DNA of 58,986 bases, counting the filler, from Thelocarpon superellum (Eukaryota), in the NCBI GenBank assembly GCA_026025795.1. It is 2 parts of 2 records of this genome, joined end to end, with 100 filler letters (N's around TTAATTAATTAA, not from the genome) between each part and the next. Parts side by side here need not be neighbours in the genome. Positions count along the whole stretch, not along the records: positions 1 to 29,460 come from JAPEUG010000221.1; positions 29,561 to 58,986 come from JAPEUG010000222.1. The stretch is one strand, 5' to 3'. The position numbers were made by a program, and so were the translations under genes. The notes below the pieces were generated by a model. That model worked only from the letters and a program-made list of their open reading frames with translations, was not told where the DNA came from and searched no databases. Positions 25,316 to 36,427 of the stretch are shown here, one piece after another. The stretch's first letter is position 1; every line of letters starts with the position of its first letter.

Positions 25316-26655
25316 TCATCTGCGATCCCGACTAGGAGCGACAATCACAGCCCGTGAAAAGACAGCACTGACTTGGTCCTGCGCTCGGGCTCTTTGCTTG
25401 GCTTGGATGCCAGATCGATCCGAGACGGGGGTGGCGTTGATGATGTTGTCAAAATCGTCGTCCTCGCCATTGTCCGAGTCTGGCAAAATATCTTCCTCAA
25501 TCTGCTGGGGCATGGGACGCGTCATCTTCTCCGGCCGGGGCTTCTCATCTTCGTCCACCAAGTTCGCAAATGGCTTGGACTGCAGCACTTTGCGGCGCAG
25601 TTCCGCCATCTCTTCCTCGTCATCTTCCTCCTCAGAGAGCGCCAAGGAGTCTTGGGCCTCGTCTTCTTCCTCGCTATTCTCATCCCCCTCCTCGTCCACA
25701 TTCACGTTTCCTTCCTCTCCCACACCCTTCCCAGCTGAAGCTTGAGCTTCATCCGCCCCTTCTTCGTCCGAATCCACAAGCACTCGTCGATTTGTGTTCC
25801 CACCACTCCATGCATTTCCCTCCGTCACGCCCTCCGCATTCGTTCGATGCTCCGCATACTCCCGCTCCAGCTTCTCCAGCCAGCCAGTTTCCACCTTCTG
25901 AATCTCTTCCTCATTCGCGCACGCGGCGTAGCGTTTGAGCAGCGAGGCGTTGATCTCCAAAAACGCGGGGCCATAGGAGAAGTGGGACAGCACCTGCTCA
26001 GCCCAGTCGGGGTGCCCTAAATGGCTTGGTGTGAGTTTACGGTGACGCCGATGGTGTCGTGAGCCACCTACCACAGATGTAAAAGCAAGCGGCAATGGCC
26101 TCGGCACAGTTCAAACGCCATGGCCGACCGTAGTTGACAGAATTGGCCGCGACCAGATAGGGCACTGGACGGGATGAGTTTGGTGGTCGTGGCGATCTTG
26201 AGCACGGTTGGGAAACTCACATAATCTCTCACATTTGCCTCCAATCTTTGAGAAGGGGACCTCTTTGACCCTGGCCCACGAGCATTCGACGACCGCTGCC
26301 CCAAACTGATCCAACAGCTCTCGGTCTGCGGGAGACACCGGTCGCTTCGCATTGGGACTGGCCACGAAATCAGCAAGGATGAAGCCCGGTGACAGAGCGT
26401 GTGCGACACCTACGAGATGACGACCCCGGCGAAGCGTTGGCCAATGTGGAGCTCTCTCATCACCCCGAGCTTCATCAACTTCTTGCCCGAGCATCGCTTA
26501 GGGTCACAGTGACCCAAGTCCCAGCACGCCGCTTTCAAGGCGGGCCGTGCCGTGAGCTCATCGCTCTCTCCATGGCGGCCTGAGCGAGACTGGTGAGCTC
26601 CGTGGGCGTTGTGGCGTCCTCGAGAGGAAAAGCCATCTTTCTTGTGGCGAACCAT
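25316..26655 (-). CDS. TSR3: 18S rRNA aminocarboxypropyltransferase Tsr3
   Basis: MVRHKKD start; motifs [30 protein letters not shown] and [20 protein letters not shown]; acidic C-terminus; three introns. Confidence 0.95.
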
Positions 26656-27179
26656 GACGCTCGCGAAGTGAAGTGCGAGGCGGGGGAGTATCACTGGGCT
26701 CTTCGGCGACGACAGAAGCTGGACAGCGACTGCTCTGTCGTTGGCTCTATTGGGTCATGGAGGCTCCTGAAGCAGGGACTACATGATTCGGACTGGGACC
26801 TGAGGAAGAACCTTTGGAGCCGTTCAGGCCACGAGAAAGTCGTCCGTTCCGGGCGTCTGGTCCTGTGGCTAAGGAGCCCCCCATTCCTCAAGATCGATTT
26901 AGACTTCAGTACACTTCAGTAGACTTCAGGAGAGGACCCGCCAAGTTCGGTAGGGCACAAAGTAGCACCAACGACGTAACTGCGTACGGCCATCACGGCC
27001 ATCATCCTGTGCATCTCTCGCTGCTGGTGTGTATGTGTCAATCCTTCCGCCACATGGGCTCTGTCTCGTGCCCGCGCAATCTGTCGGTTGTCTAAGGGCG
27101 AAGCTGTCACCGTCCCCAGTCCGGGCTGCGAGGGAGCATCAAGGTGGGGCAACGTCCCGACGCTCCCTCGCCTCGCAAC

Positions 27180-29460
27180 ATGGAGGCCGTCTCGGCGCGG
27201 ATGGCCGCCCGGGATCGATTTGGTTCGATGGGTGAACCAGGCCCATCCACCTTACAGCGCTTCATCCGTACGTTCCATCCATCGGCTGGATCAAGAGTCA
27301 TCAACTAAGCGTGGGTAGAGACGGCCTGCGATCCGCAGAACTACGAGCCCAACCTGGCCCTGGACCTCGAGATTGCCGACTTGATCAATTCCAAGAAGGG
27401 CAATGCGTGAGTGGTCCGGAGCGTCACGAGGCCGGGCGAATGCTAATCGGTGATCTGCAGCCCTCGAGAGGCATCCGTGGCCATTGTCAATTACATCAAC
27501 CACCGGAATCCGGCGGTGTCGCTGTTGGCATTGACGGTATGCCTTCTCCTACCCCGCCGGAGTACCGACTCGTGCTTCCTCCAGCTAAGATGGTGACAGC
27601 TGCTGGACATTTGCGTGAAAAACTGCGGATACCCTTTCCACCTCCAGATTGGAACCAAGGAGTTCCTCAACGAACTGGTCCGGCGGTTTCCCGAGCGGCC
27701 GCCCATTCGACCGTCGCGCGTGCAGCTCAAGATCCTCGAGGCCATCGAGGAATGGCGGATGACGATCTGTCAGACCTCGCGATACAAAGAGGACCTGGGC
27801 TTCATCCGGGATATGCATCGACTGCTGAGCTACAAGGGATACGTCTTTCCCGAAGTCCGACGTGAGGACGCGGCCGTGCTCAATCCAAGTGACGTGAGTG
27901 GGTCCGGATAGAGGTCCAAGCTAGTAGTCTGCTAACTGTGTCAAAGAATCTTAAGTCAGCAGATGAGATGGAAGAAGAGGAGCGGGCGGCACAGTCGGCA
28001 AAGTTGCAGGAGCTGATACGACGGGGCGGACCGGAGGACCTACAGGAGGCCAACCGGTTGATGAAGATCATGGCCGGCTACGACACCAAACACAAAACTG
28101 ATTACCGTGCACAGGCGGCGGAGGAGGTGGGCAAGATCCAACAAAAGGCCAAGATCCTCGAGGAGATGTTACAGGGACACCAGAAGGGTGACGTGCTCAC
28201 CGAGGGCGATGTCTTTCAGGAATTGGCCAACGCTCTACAGAGTGCACAGCCCAAGATCCAGAAGATGTGCGAGGAAGAATCGGATGACTCTGAAGCCGTG
28301 GCCAAGCTCCTGGAAATCAACGATAGCATCCACCGGACGGTGGAACGATACAAGCTCGTCAAGGCGGGTGATGTGGATGCTGCCGCCAAGATTCCCAAGG
28401 GCACGTTAGGTACCAGCACCGGCGTCACTAAAACGGCAGATAACGAGCTCTCCTTGATCGACTTTGGTGGCGACCAGGAGCCAGCATCGTCCGGGAGCGG
28501 CGCGCCACCCAAGCATCGGCCGACGGAGTCGCTCGAAGATGATCTCCTCGGCTTATCCTTCCAAGACAGCAGCTACGGTCAAGGAGGTGGGATTGCTCTA
28601 GGCTTGGGCAGCAGTACCGGTAGGCATCGTCACGCGCGCCATCATGTGTGACATTGGACTGACACGCCTTATCTAGCAGGCTCCCTTCCACCCGCCGTGT
28701 CCGTCTCGCCTCCGCATGTGGCTGCGACGGCCAGCGGCGCGGTGCCCGCCACCCTCCCGCAGTATGCCGCCTTCGCGTCCATGTCAGGCTCGCGGCCGCC
28801 ATCGAAGTCGGTCACGCCGGTCCCCATCAGCGCTTACGCACCGCCCACGGCAATGCCAGCACCAGCACCAGCGCCACCCGCCGCAAGCGATCCCTTTGCC
28901 TCGATTGCTTCCATTGGTCAGCGACAAACGTCGGCTATCTCATCCCGACCCACGTCCTCACAGCCCGAGTCGTCATTGGCGGCTGATCTTCTTGGGACTG
29001 GGACACGCAACAGCACGCACTCGGCGGGAACGTCGCCCGGTGGAGGCAGCAATGGTGTACCGGTGACCGAGACAGACGAATGGACATTCGCCTCGTCGCT
29101 CCCTGAGTCGTCCAACGAGATCATCGTGTCGGCGGAGACGGTCAACATTGTGCTCGCCATCACCCGGCCGGCAGGCAACGACACGGGCCTGACCTTGGTC
29201 GCACGCTTCTCCAACACCAGCACATCACCGGTCTCGGACCTCACCTTTCAAGTAGCCTTTACCAAGGTGCGTGACAGCAGGCACCAGACCGTCTCTAGAC
29301 CCCCTTACTCCCGCAGTCACTAATATCGGCACTAGGGAATCTCCCGACGACTGAACCCGCAATCAGGCCGTGTATTGCTACCGCAGCAGCGGGACGGAAT
29401 CACCCAACAAGTATTCGTGGAGGGAGTCGAGCGAGGGAAGGCAAATCTAGTCAAGATGCG
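27180..29460 (+). CDS. GGA2: GGA clathrin adaptor (VHS-GAT-GAE), 3'-truncated by the assembly gap
   Basis: VHS motifs (EPNLALDLEIADLIN.KKGN; VKNCGYPFHLQIGTKEFLNELVRRFPE); GAT motif (AKLQELIRRGGPEDLQEANRLMKIMAGY); GAE motifs (F.N....PVSDLTFQVA; L.PQSGR.L). Runs into Ns. Confidence 0.9.
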
Positions 29461-29560
29461 NNNNNNNNNNNNNNNNNNNNNNNNNNNNNNNNNNNNNNNN
29501 NNNNTTAATTAATTAANNNNNNNNNNNNNNNNNNNNNNNNNNNNNNNNNNNNNNNNNNNN
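29461..29560. other. Artificial scaffold linker: 44 N + TTAATTAATTAA + 44 N
   Basis: Exactly 100 bp and symmetric, with a central palindrome that places stop codons in all six frames. Confidence 0.95.
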
Positions 29561-29894
29561 CGGCCTCCTGCTCCTTCTCAAGTTGCAAATGGAGCTCTGC
29601 AGCGGTCAGTGGCCTGGGATGGCGGAGTGGGCCAGGCCCGGTGCCAACGCCGGTATTGTCCCCGCGAGCGTAGGCGACGCTCATAGCGGGTGGATTTCCG
29701 GCATTCGACGCCAGCATGGGGAGGACGCCGCCAGTCGACATCGTGCTTGGTCCCCCGGGGGACGAGGGGGGGAGGGGCGGTGGACCCATGGGCTGTGACT
29801 GACGGCGTGAGGATGACGCCGAATGGGACGCGGAAGTAGAGGCAGGATTGGGCCGTCGTGGAGACGGGGGCACCGAGTTCAGATCCGGAGCCAT
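29561..29894 (-). CDS. Conserved fungal hypothetical protein, 3'-truncated by the gap
   Basis: MAPDLNSVPPSPRR start and GPGPLRHPRPLTAAELHLQLEKEQEA motif, which I recognise as recurrent in filamentous ascomycete hypothetical proteins. Function unknown. Confidence 0.65.
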
Positions 29895-30376
29895 CGAGGA
29901 TGGAATATGCGGTGAGCAATAGGAAATGACGCAGGTAGGTCTCGTGCAAGCAGGCTGATGAGCCTGAGTGGAAGGCGTCGGTGGTGGTTCGTTACATGGA
30001 CGGCAATCACGCTTCTGTGAGTGTGACCGTCCTCCACCAAGAGCTCGAAGACTGAACTCGCTGGGTCACCTTTTCGAAGCTGGTCTGGTTGGGAATCACG
30101 GCGATCAACGGGACTCGACGAGCACTTTCAAAAGAGCGTGTTGAGTGCCGGGTGGTGTCAGAGGGGAACGCGTCCTTGGTTTTGCCCCTCGGCGAACAAA
30201 GCGCTCGCGGAGCCTCTAAAGAACGCGCTACTTCTGCCATCCGCCCATGTTCCTTCTCATGCGGAGGAAGTCTACTTTCATATCAAGTCTTCTCTAGTTT
30301 ACTCAATGATACAATCATGCACCCAGCCGCTGCGCCGAACCCCCGCTAGATCCACTGCCTGGTACATGAGAGATCA

Positions 30377-31343
30377 TTAAGCGCCGCTTTCGCCCAACAG
30401 CCGCGCGATCAAGACGTAGCCAAAGATGACGACGGCCCCAACCAACAGCTTGTTTCGCCGCACCCAGCTCTGTCCCACATGGCGTGCGACTTGGCCACCT
30501 TCGACCACCGCCACCAGTCCGACCGCGCTTCCAGATGGGCGCCGCCGCAATGCCGCGGCGTCTGGGGAACATGCAGCGGAGGAACCCTTGCCCGGCTCGA
30601 TGGCGACGCTGCCTGTCGCTGGGTTGACGCGTCGCTCATTCATCCATTCCCAGTTCTCTTCATTCAGTTCCGGCCACTCCGCCCGGAATTTGGAACCTCC
30701 GTCACCGGCCTTGATCGCACCCACGCCCTTGGAGTTTGAGCTCGAAGCCGTTGTTGGGCCGGACTTCGTGCTCGATCCTCCTCCCGTCGAATTCCACCAT
30801 CGAGACCGGGCCGCCGCCCATCGTCGCTCCTGGTCGGTGGCGCTGACACTTCCAGTCGTCATCTCGTCGCTGGTCATGAAGGAGAGCAGACCGATCAGGA
30901 TGGTCGACACCTCCCAGGCCGGGTTGAATGACTTGGGGTGGAAGTCGCTGATACTCAGGCATAGCCGCGTCGACGGTTGAAAGCGACCACTAGGAGTATG
31001 CATCCGAATGGCGGGTGGCGCGAAGGGATAGTCTGGAGGGAATATGAGTGTTCCCCAGTACTGACCGCCGTCGTAGGGGGTCTGCGGGGGTCCGGTCAAA
31101 ATGTAATGCCACCTAGGACAAGTCAGTCTCATCGCTGCCGGGAATACGAAGGACTCGGCATGGGAAGAGAGAGTAGCGTCCACTCACTCGAGGATGTTCT
31201 TCTCCGATGGGTGGGCGACAATGTATGGGGGAGGATTCTTTTGGATGATCTGATACTCTCTCGCAAGCTGTCACGAGATGAGCAACGTCATGGCGATCTA
31301 GGAGTAGGATTCAAACCCGTTTATTGGCCGCTCGTGTGGCCAT
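30377..31343 (-). CDS. UBC6: Ubiquitin-conjugating enzyme Ubc6 (tail-anchored E2)
   Basis: MATRAANKR|LARE...NPPPYIVAHPSE.NILE|WHYILTGP...RLCLSISDFHPKSFNPAWEVSTILIGLLSFM, with a C-terminal transmembrane segment. Confidence 0.95.
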
Positions 31344-31649
31344 GGTCGAGCCGGTACCCGCGACACGATGCGGCTGACGCAAGATCCGTAAGATTCGACG
31401 GTGCACGTCCAAGGGCTGGATGGCGGCGACGGCGTCGTATGCACGAAGATGCTCTTGCAGGCTAGGGAAGTAGAGAGGAGCGGAAATGATGTGACTCGGG
31501 CGGATGCACACATGTACCCCACCGTCTACCGTACTCGTCGCCAGCAAGCTCTTGCAACGCAACCGGCCATCACGGAGACAATTTGATTGAGGATGTATCT
31601 GTACCGATCTATGTCCTACTTGAAGGTGCCCTGATCATCGGATTCCAAG

Positions 31650-33372
31650 ATGGACGAGGATGTTGATGTGAGCACTTTACCAATTGGAGACGCGGTTCGC
31701 TGACTGAACAACCTTCAGGTCTTTGAAAGGCTCTCGTCGCCTGTCAAGCCCGAAGAGCTCAAAGCGCGAGAGCAGGCCCTCAACGAGCGCATCCACGCTC
31801 AACAGCAGAAAGCTCAACAGAGACTGGCAGAATTGGTCCGCTCACTCTCATCTGTACTCCACGGTTGAAGATATTGAGCTTGTTCTAACCTGTGCACACG
31901 GCTAGATCGACTCCAACTCCACCCTACCCGTCACCCTCTCCTCGATCAACGTTGTGGGCGCGCGCCGCACTCGGAAAGACTTCTTGGCGCGAATATTCAA
32001 CCCGCTCCTAAGTGCAAACCATGACAGACCCTACACTCTGGCAGAGGCTTTACGAGAAGTGGCCTACAGCGCGAACCAGCTTCATAAGTTTGGTCAGTAC
32101 ACCTTGATGGGGTGGGCACCGACGAAATCTCAGACGAGAATCAACTCACGGTTCCTAGATATCTTCCATCAGCCAATGTCCCTCTACATCGATAAGCCGG
32201 ATCCGACACTGGCCTCGTCGACGCCGACGGACCTGGTTGTTAATCTCAGCGTGCGGGAGAAGTCACGACTGCTCTTGAAGACGGGGACCGACCTGGGGAA
32301 TACCGAAGGCTCTGCCTATGGGAATCTCCTCTGGCGGAATGTCTTTGGCGGGGCCGAGTCGCTCAACGTCAATGCATCGACTGGTACTCGAACGCGGTCG
32401 GCATACTCGGTGGGCTTTGAAACCCCGATTCTGAGTAACCCCGACCTGCGATGGGAGCTTGGCGGCTTCTCAAGCGCGACGCAGAAGACGTGGGCGAGCC
32501 ATGAAGAGGTCTTGAAGGGCGGAGAGACCAAGATTCGATGGGCGACTAAGGGAGGGGATAAGCACGAGATCGGCTACTCGGGGACCTGGAGACAGGTGAC
32601 GGGTCTGTCTGCGACTGCATCTCCCACGGTGCGGAGTGATGCAGGGGACAGCGTGAAGAGCAGCATCTCACACACGTGGACCAGTGATGGACGAGACAAC
32701 GCCCTGCTCCCGTCGCGGGGCGTTTTGCTGAAGACCTTTTCAGAGCTAGCCGGCTGGGGCCCGCTGAAGGGGGACGTGGCTTTTTGGAAATCCGAGGTGG
32801 AAACGCAGGCAGCCGTGCCAATTCCGTTTCCGGGCGTCAAGGGCAAGACTGGCATTACCTTCACCACCGGCTTTCGGGCGGGGATGCTCTATCCCATGGC
32901 GCTGGGAGGCAAGACGCAGGCGGAGCCATCACATATCAACGATCGGTTCCTACTCGGCGGTCCGACTGACGTCCGAGGATTCCGGATATCTGGACTTGGA
33001 CCCCGCGATGGTCAAGATTCGGTGGGAGGAGATGTCTACGCAGCCGGAAGCGCCAACCTCCTCTTCCCTTTGCCACGAGTGAGCCCTGATAGCCCCTTAC
33101 GATTACAGGCGTTTGTCAACGGAGGTCGACTTCTGGCGTTGGATGCGCCGGCAAAGGAGGGGAAGCTGGACGGCGAGGCGGTGCAGAAAAGCGCATCTTC
33201 GACTGTCGCTGAGCTAGCTAATGGGCTGCCGAGCATGTCTGCAGGCGTTGGCTTGGTGTATGCTCATCCCGTCGCACGCTTTGAGTTGAATTTCTCCCTG
33301 CCTCTCGTCATCCGCCAGGGCGAGGAGGGTCGGAAGGGACTGCAGTTTGGCGTGGGAATCAACTTCTTGTAG
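31650..33372 (+). CDS. SAM50: Mitochondrial outer-membrane beta-barrel assembly protein Sam50/Tob55
   Basis: Short 5' exons (MDEDVD|VFERL...), a POTRA-like region, DRFLLGGPTDVRGF, ARFELNF and a terminal GLQFGVGINFL beta-signal. Includes an in-frame 66-nt intron at 32093-32158. Confidence 0.93.
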
Positions 33373-33680
33373 AACAGCCAACTTCTGCCCTGCTAGACTG
33401 AATGCATCTTGCTTCGAGATCCTCTGACGCGCTCACCCTCTCTGGTCAGCATGCGGCATGCGCATGGATCAAGGCGTGGCAGCCTACTGTGTCGGTCACG
33501 TGGTGGCTGGCACGTCAAGGCGAACACGTCGGATCTTGCGGTTTCGCGTGCACGAGAGATATCCGGCCCGATCGCGACCACGTCTCTCTGAACCTCCCGC
33601 CCTCCACCTTTCTCCGCACCATCAGGCCTCGCCCGTGGTGCTCTGGTCATAGGGCGGGCTCGTCACATCTCTCGCCAGTC

Positions 33681-34736
33681 ATGGCGCAGTTCTTCTCTCA
33701 ACCGCAGCCGCAGCAGCCCCCCTACAACTCCGGCGCGGCCCCAAACCTCCAATTCTACCCTTCATCCTACGGCGCGGGTCCTGTCTCGGGCCACACGACC
33801 CCATCACAGGCTTCGTATGGCGCCTATGGTAGCCATGGCTCCAGTGGTGCCAGCGCTTATCCAGGAGCGGCGGGCTTTGGCACGGGATTCGGCGGCCCTT
33901 CGGGCGTAAGTGGTCGCATGGGCGAACAAGCAGGACTACGGACAGGATGGCTGGCGGCGTTTGGCACAGAAGGATACGATGGAGAGCCTCCGCTTTTAGA
34001 AGAGCTGGGCGTCAATTTCGGCCATATCAAGAGCAAGGTAGGTCGTACCCGTTCCCACGAGACTCGCCGCGTCCTTGGTGCACCGAACTTGAGAGCTGAT
34101 GTACCATTCCAATCAGACACTGGCGGTGCTGAATCCCCTCGCGCGGGTCGATCAACATATCATGGACGACTCCGACCTGGCCGGACCCATTCTCTTCTTT
34201 CTTCTGTTCGGGACCTTCCTTCTCTTTGTCAGTAGCTCGTTCGCCCTTCTCACTTCATGCCCTCATAATGACCTCTCACTGACCTCCCCCAGTCAGGCAA
34301 GGTGCATTTCGGATACATCTACGGCCTGGCATTACTAGGCAGCACGTCACTACACCTGATCCTCTCGCTGATGTCTCCTCCCATCACGTCTCACGACCCG
34401 ACGCAAGGCCCGGCACAGACCTCCCACCTCTCCTCGACCCTCACCTTCCCGCGCTCGGCCTCGGTGCTAGGCTACTGCCTGCTCCCGCTGGTGTTGACGT
34501 CGCTGATCGGCGTCGTGCTGCCCATGGATGGCGCCTTGGGCTACATCCTCACCACGGCAGCCATCATCTGGTGTACGTACAGCAGCTCCGGCATGTTCTG
34601 CGCCGTGGGTCGCATGCGCGGCATGCGCGGCCTCGTAGCCTACCCCCTAGCTCTGTTCTACGTTGGCTTCGGCATCATGGGGATCTTCTCCAGTCGCGGG
34701 AGTGGCAGTCTGGCTGCCAAGGCGACGGGGTCGTGA
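33681..34736 (+). CDS. YIP1: Yip1 ER-Golgi membrane protein
   Basis: GWLAAFGTEGYDGEPPLLEELGVNF.HI..K|TLAVLNP...MDDSDLAGP, GKVHFGYIYG and SVLGYCLLPLV; two introns. Confidence 0.93.
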
Positions 34737-35010
34737 TGATTTCAGTCCCGCCTTCCCTCTCTCTTACGTCAGATCGTGCATAACTCTAGCGGGAAGTCTC
34801 CGCGGATGGCCTCGTCTCGGTCGGCGTGGACCCCGACCGTACTGTACCATATGTATCCATTGGATCCTACATGGTTTTGAGCGTTCGCGGGATATCGTGC
34901 GTGACCACACGCAGTTCCTGCCATGATAGTCCACCAAGATCCTCGACGCCCCTTACACCTATAGCCCAGTGCCCTTACATCCCGTCGATCCCACCGCCGC
35001 ACAGAAGTCG

Positions 35011-35767
35011 TCATTGTTCGGCCTGGTCTGGTACAGGGATGTAACTCCGTCGTTCCCGCGCAGACTGACGGCGTAAAACACGTCAGCAAAGGCCATACTG
35101 GAACGTCGCACATGGCTTGGCTGGCGACCGACATACCTCTACCCACTTCTCGACCCACGGCCGAGCCACGGCGTAGAGCAGTAACGTGGCCGTAGCGAAG
35201 ATGAAAATGAAAACGACAGTCTCATCTTTCCGGGAGTCACGTTCTGGACGGCCTTTCGTCAGTCTTGCCCAAGGTGTAGACCTCCTTCCATCCACGCGTG
35301 ACGGACGTGGCTCGTAGGATGGGGAGGAAACCGAGACGGAGCACCCACGAAAGCAAGTAGTAAAGACGTCCTCCTCCTTTGCACCCTTGCAGAACGGAAG
35401 GTTGTAGTCGAGGCAAAATTGCCGATTACAGTCGTTGCAATTACCACCCGACTGTTTCTTGGTATTCCCCTCCTCCTCGTCACTGCCGAGCGTCTCCTCC
35501 TTGGTGGAGAAGGGATGGCGGGCTTGGAGTGCCGGGGAGTGGGGCACACTCGGAGCGCCGGACAATTCGCCGCCAAGTGGGATGATGGTGGAGTTGGAGC
35601 CGCAGGTGCATTTGCAGAACGAGGTCGGTGCTGAGATGTCACATCGTCAGGACCGAGCCAGCGTTGGGACGGGACAAGGCAGGACTCTGCTTACCCGCTG
35701 CGTATGCGAGCGAGACCGAAGCCCAGAGGGCGAGAATCAGGTGTACAAGGGAGCTTCGGAGGATCAT
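35011..35767 (-). CDS. Small Cys-rich single-pass membrane protein of unknown function
   Basis: Signal peptide MILRSSLVHLILALWASVSLAYAA, then SFCKCTCGSNSTIIPL, NCNDCNRQFCL..LPFC, TTCFQRDSRKD and a TM segment. Last exon 35064-35011 (SARERRSYIPVPDQAEQ*). Confidence 0.75.
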
Positions 35768-36427
35768 GACGGCGTCTGATGCTACAATGCTGGTCGTTGA
35801 TACGATGGCAGCAACCCGGAGGTCATGAGGTTCGAAGACCCTTACGAGCATGAGTTCGAGCACCTGCCCAGTCGACGCGAGACCCGTGCCGTACTCGTCC
35901 CCATACCGCACTTCTACTCATGTTGCTCATGCGAAGGGCGACCGTGGTCCCACAAGCTGCCGGTTTTACGACACGGCCTGCAACTGGAACAGATCCGAAT
36001 ATTCAGTCACATCTCTTTCACGCCCGTCTACGATATGAACATGTGCGTTCGCTCGATGGCTTTGATTCTCGCGCACCATCGTCCTCCACGCAGCTTAGTC
36101 ATCATCGGTGTCAGTTGCTTGATTGTGTAACCCTCTGGGTTTCAAGGGCGGGCAACTAAGCATAGCGTCCAATCAGGTTGAACTCTCGAGTTCGTGTCGC
36201 TGATGGCCGTTCAGCCTCGTCCAGCGACGAACAAGGTCGATGCCCCCGGCTCACCCTCCGCGTATGGACCCTTCTCTCAAGAAGCGGCGCGCTCTTTATT
36301 ATCCTCTGTTAGAATACTTCCTACGAAAACAACGGTGTGGCCACAGCATGAAGCTGATGGGCTCGGTGTCAACGACCCATCTTTCCCGGCGATCTGATCT
36401 GACACCCCTCTCTCCAGACCGAGAGCG

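Noticed and set aside
29505..29516. TTAATTAATTAA palindrome as a biological site (piggyBac TTAA target)
   Set aside because: It is centred in a symmetric N run, as expected for a six-frame-stop assembly linker.
35800..35850. tRNA-like string AACCCGGAGGTCATGAGGTTCGAA
   Set aside because: No canonical T-arm with a 7-nt loop, and no acceptor stem or D-arm could be built.
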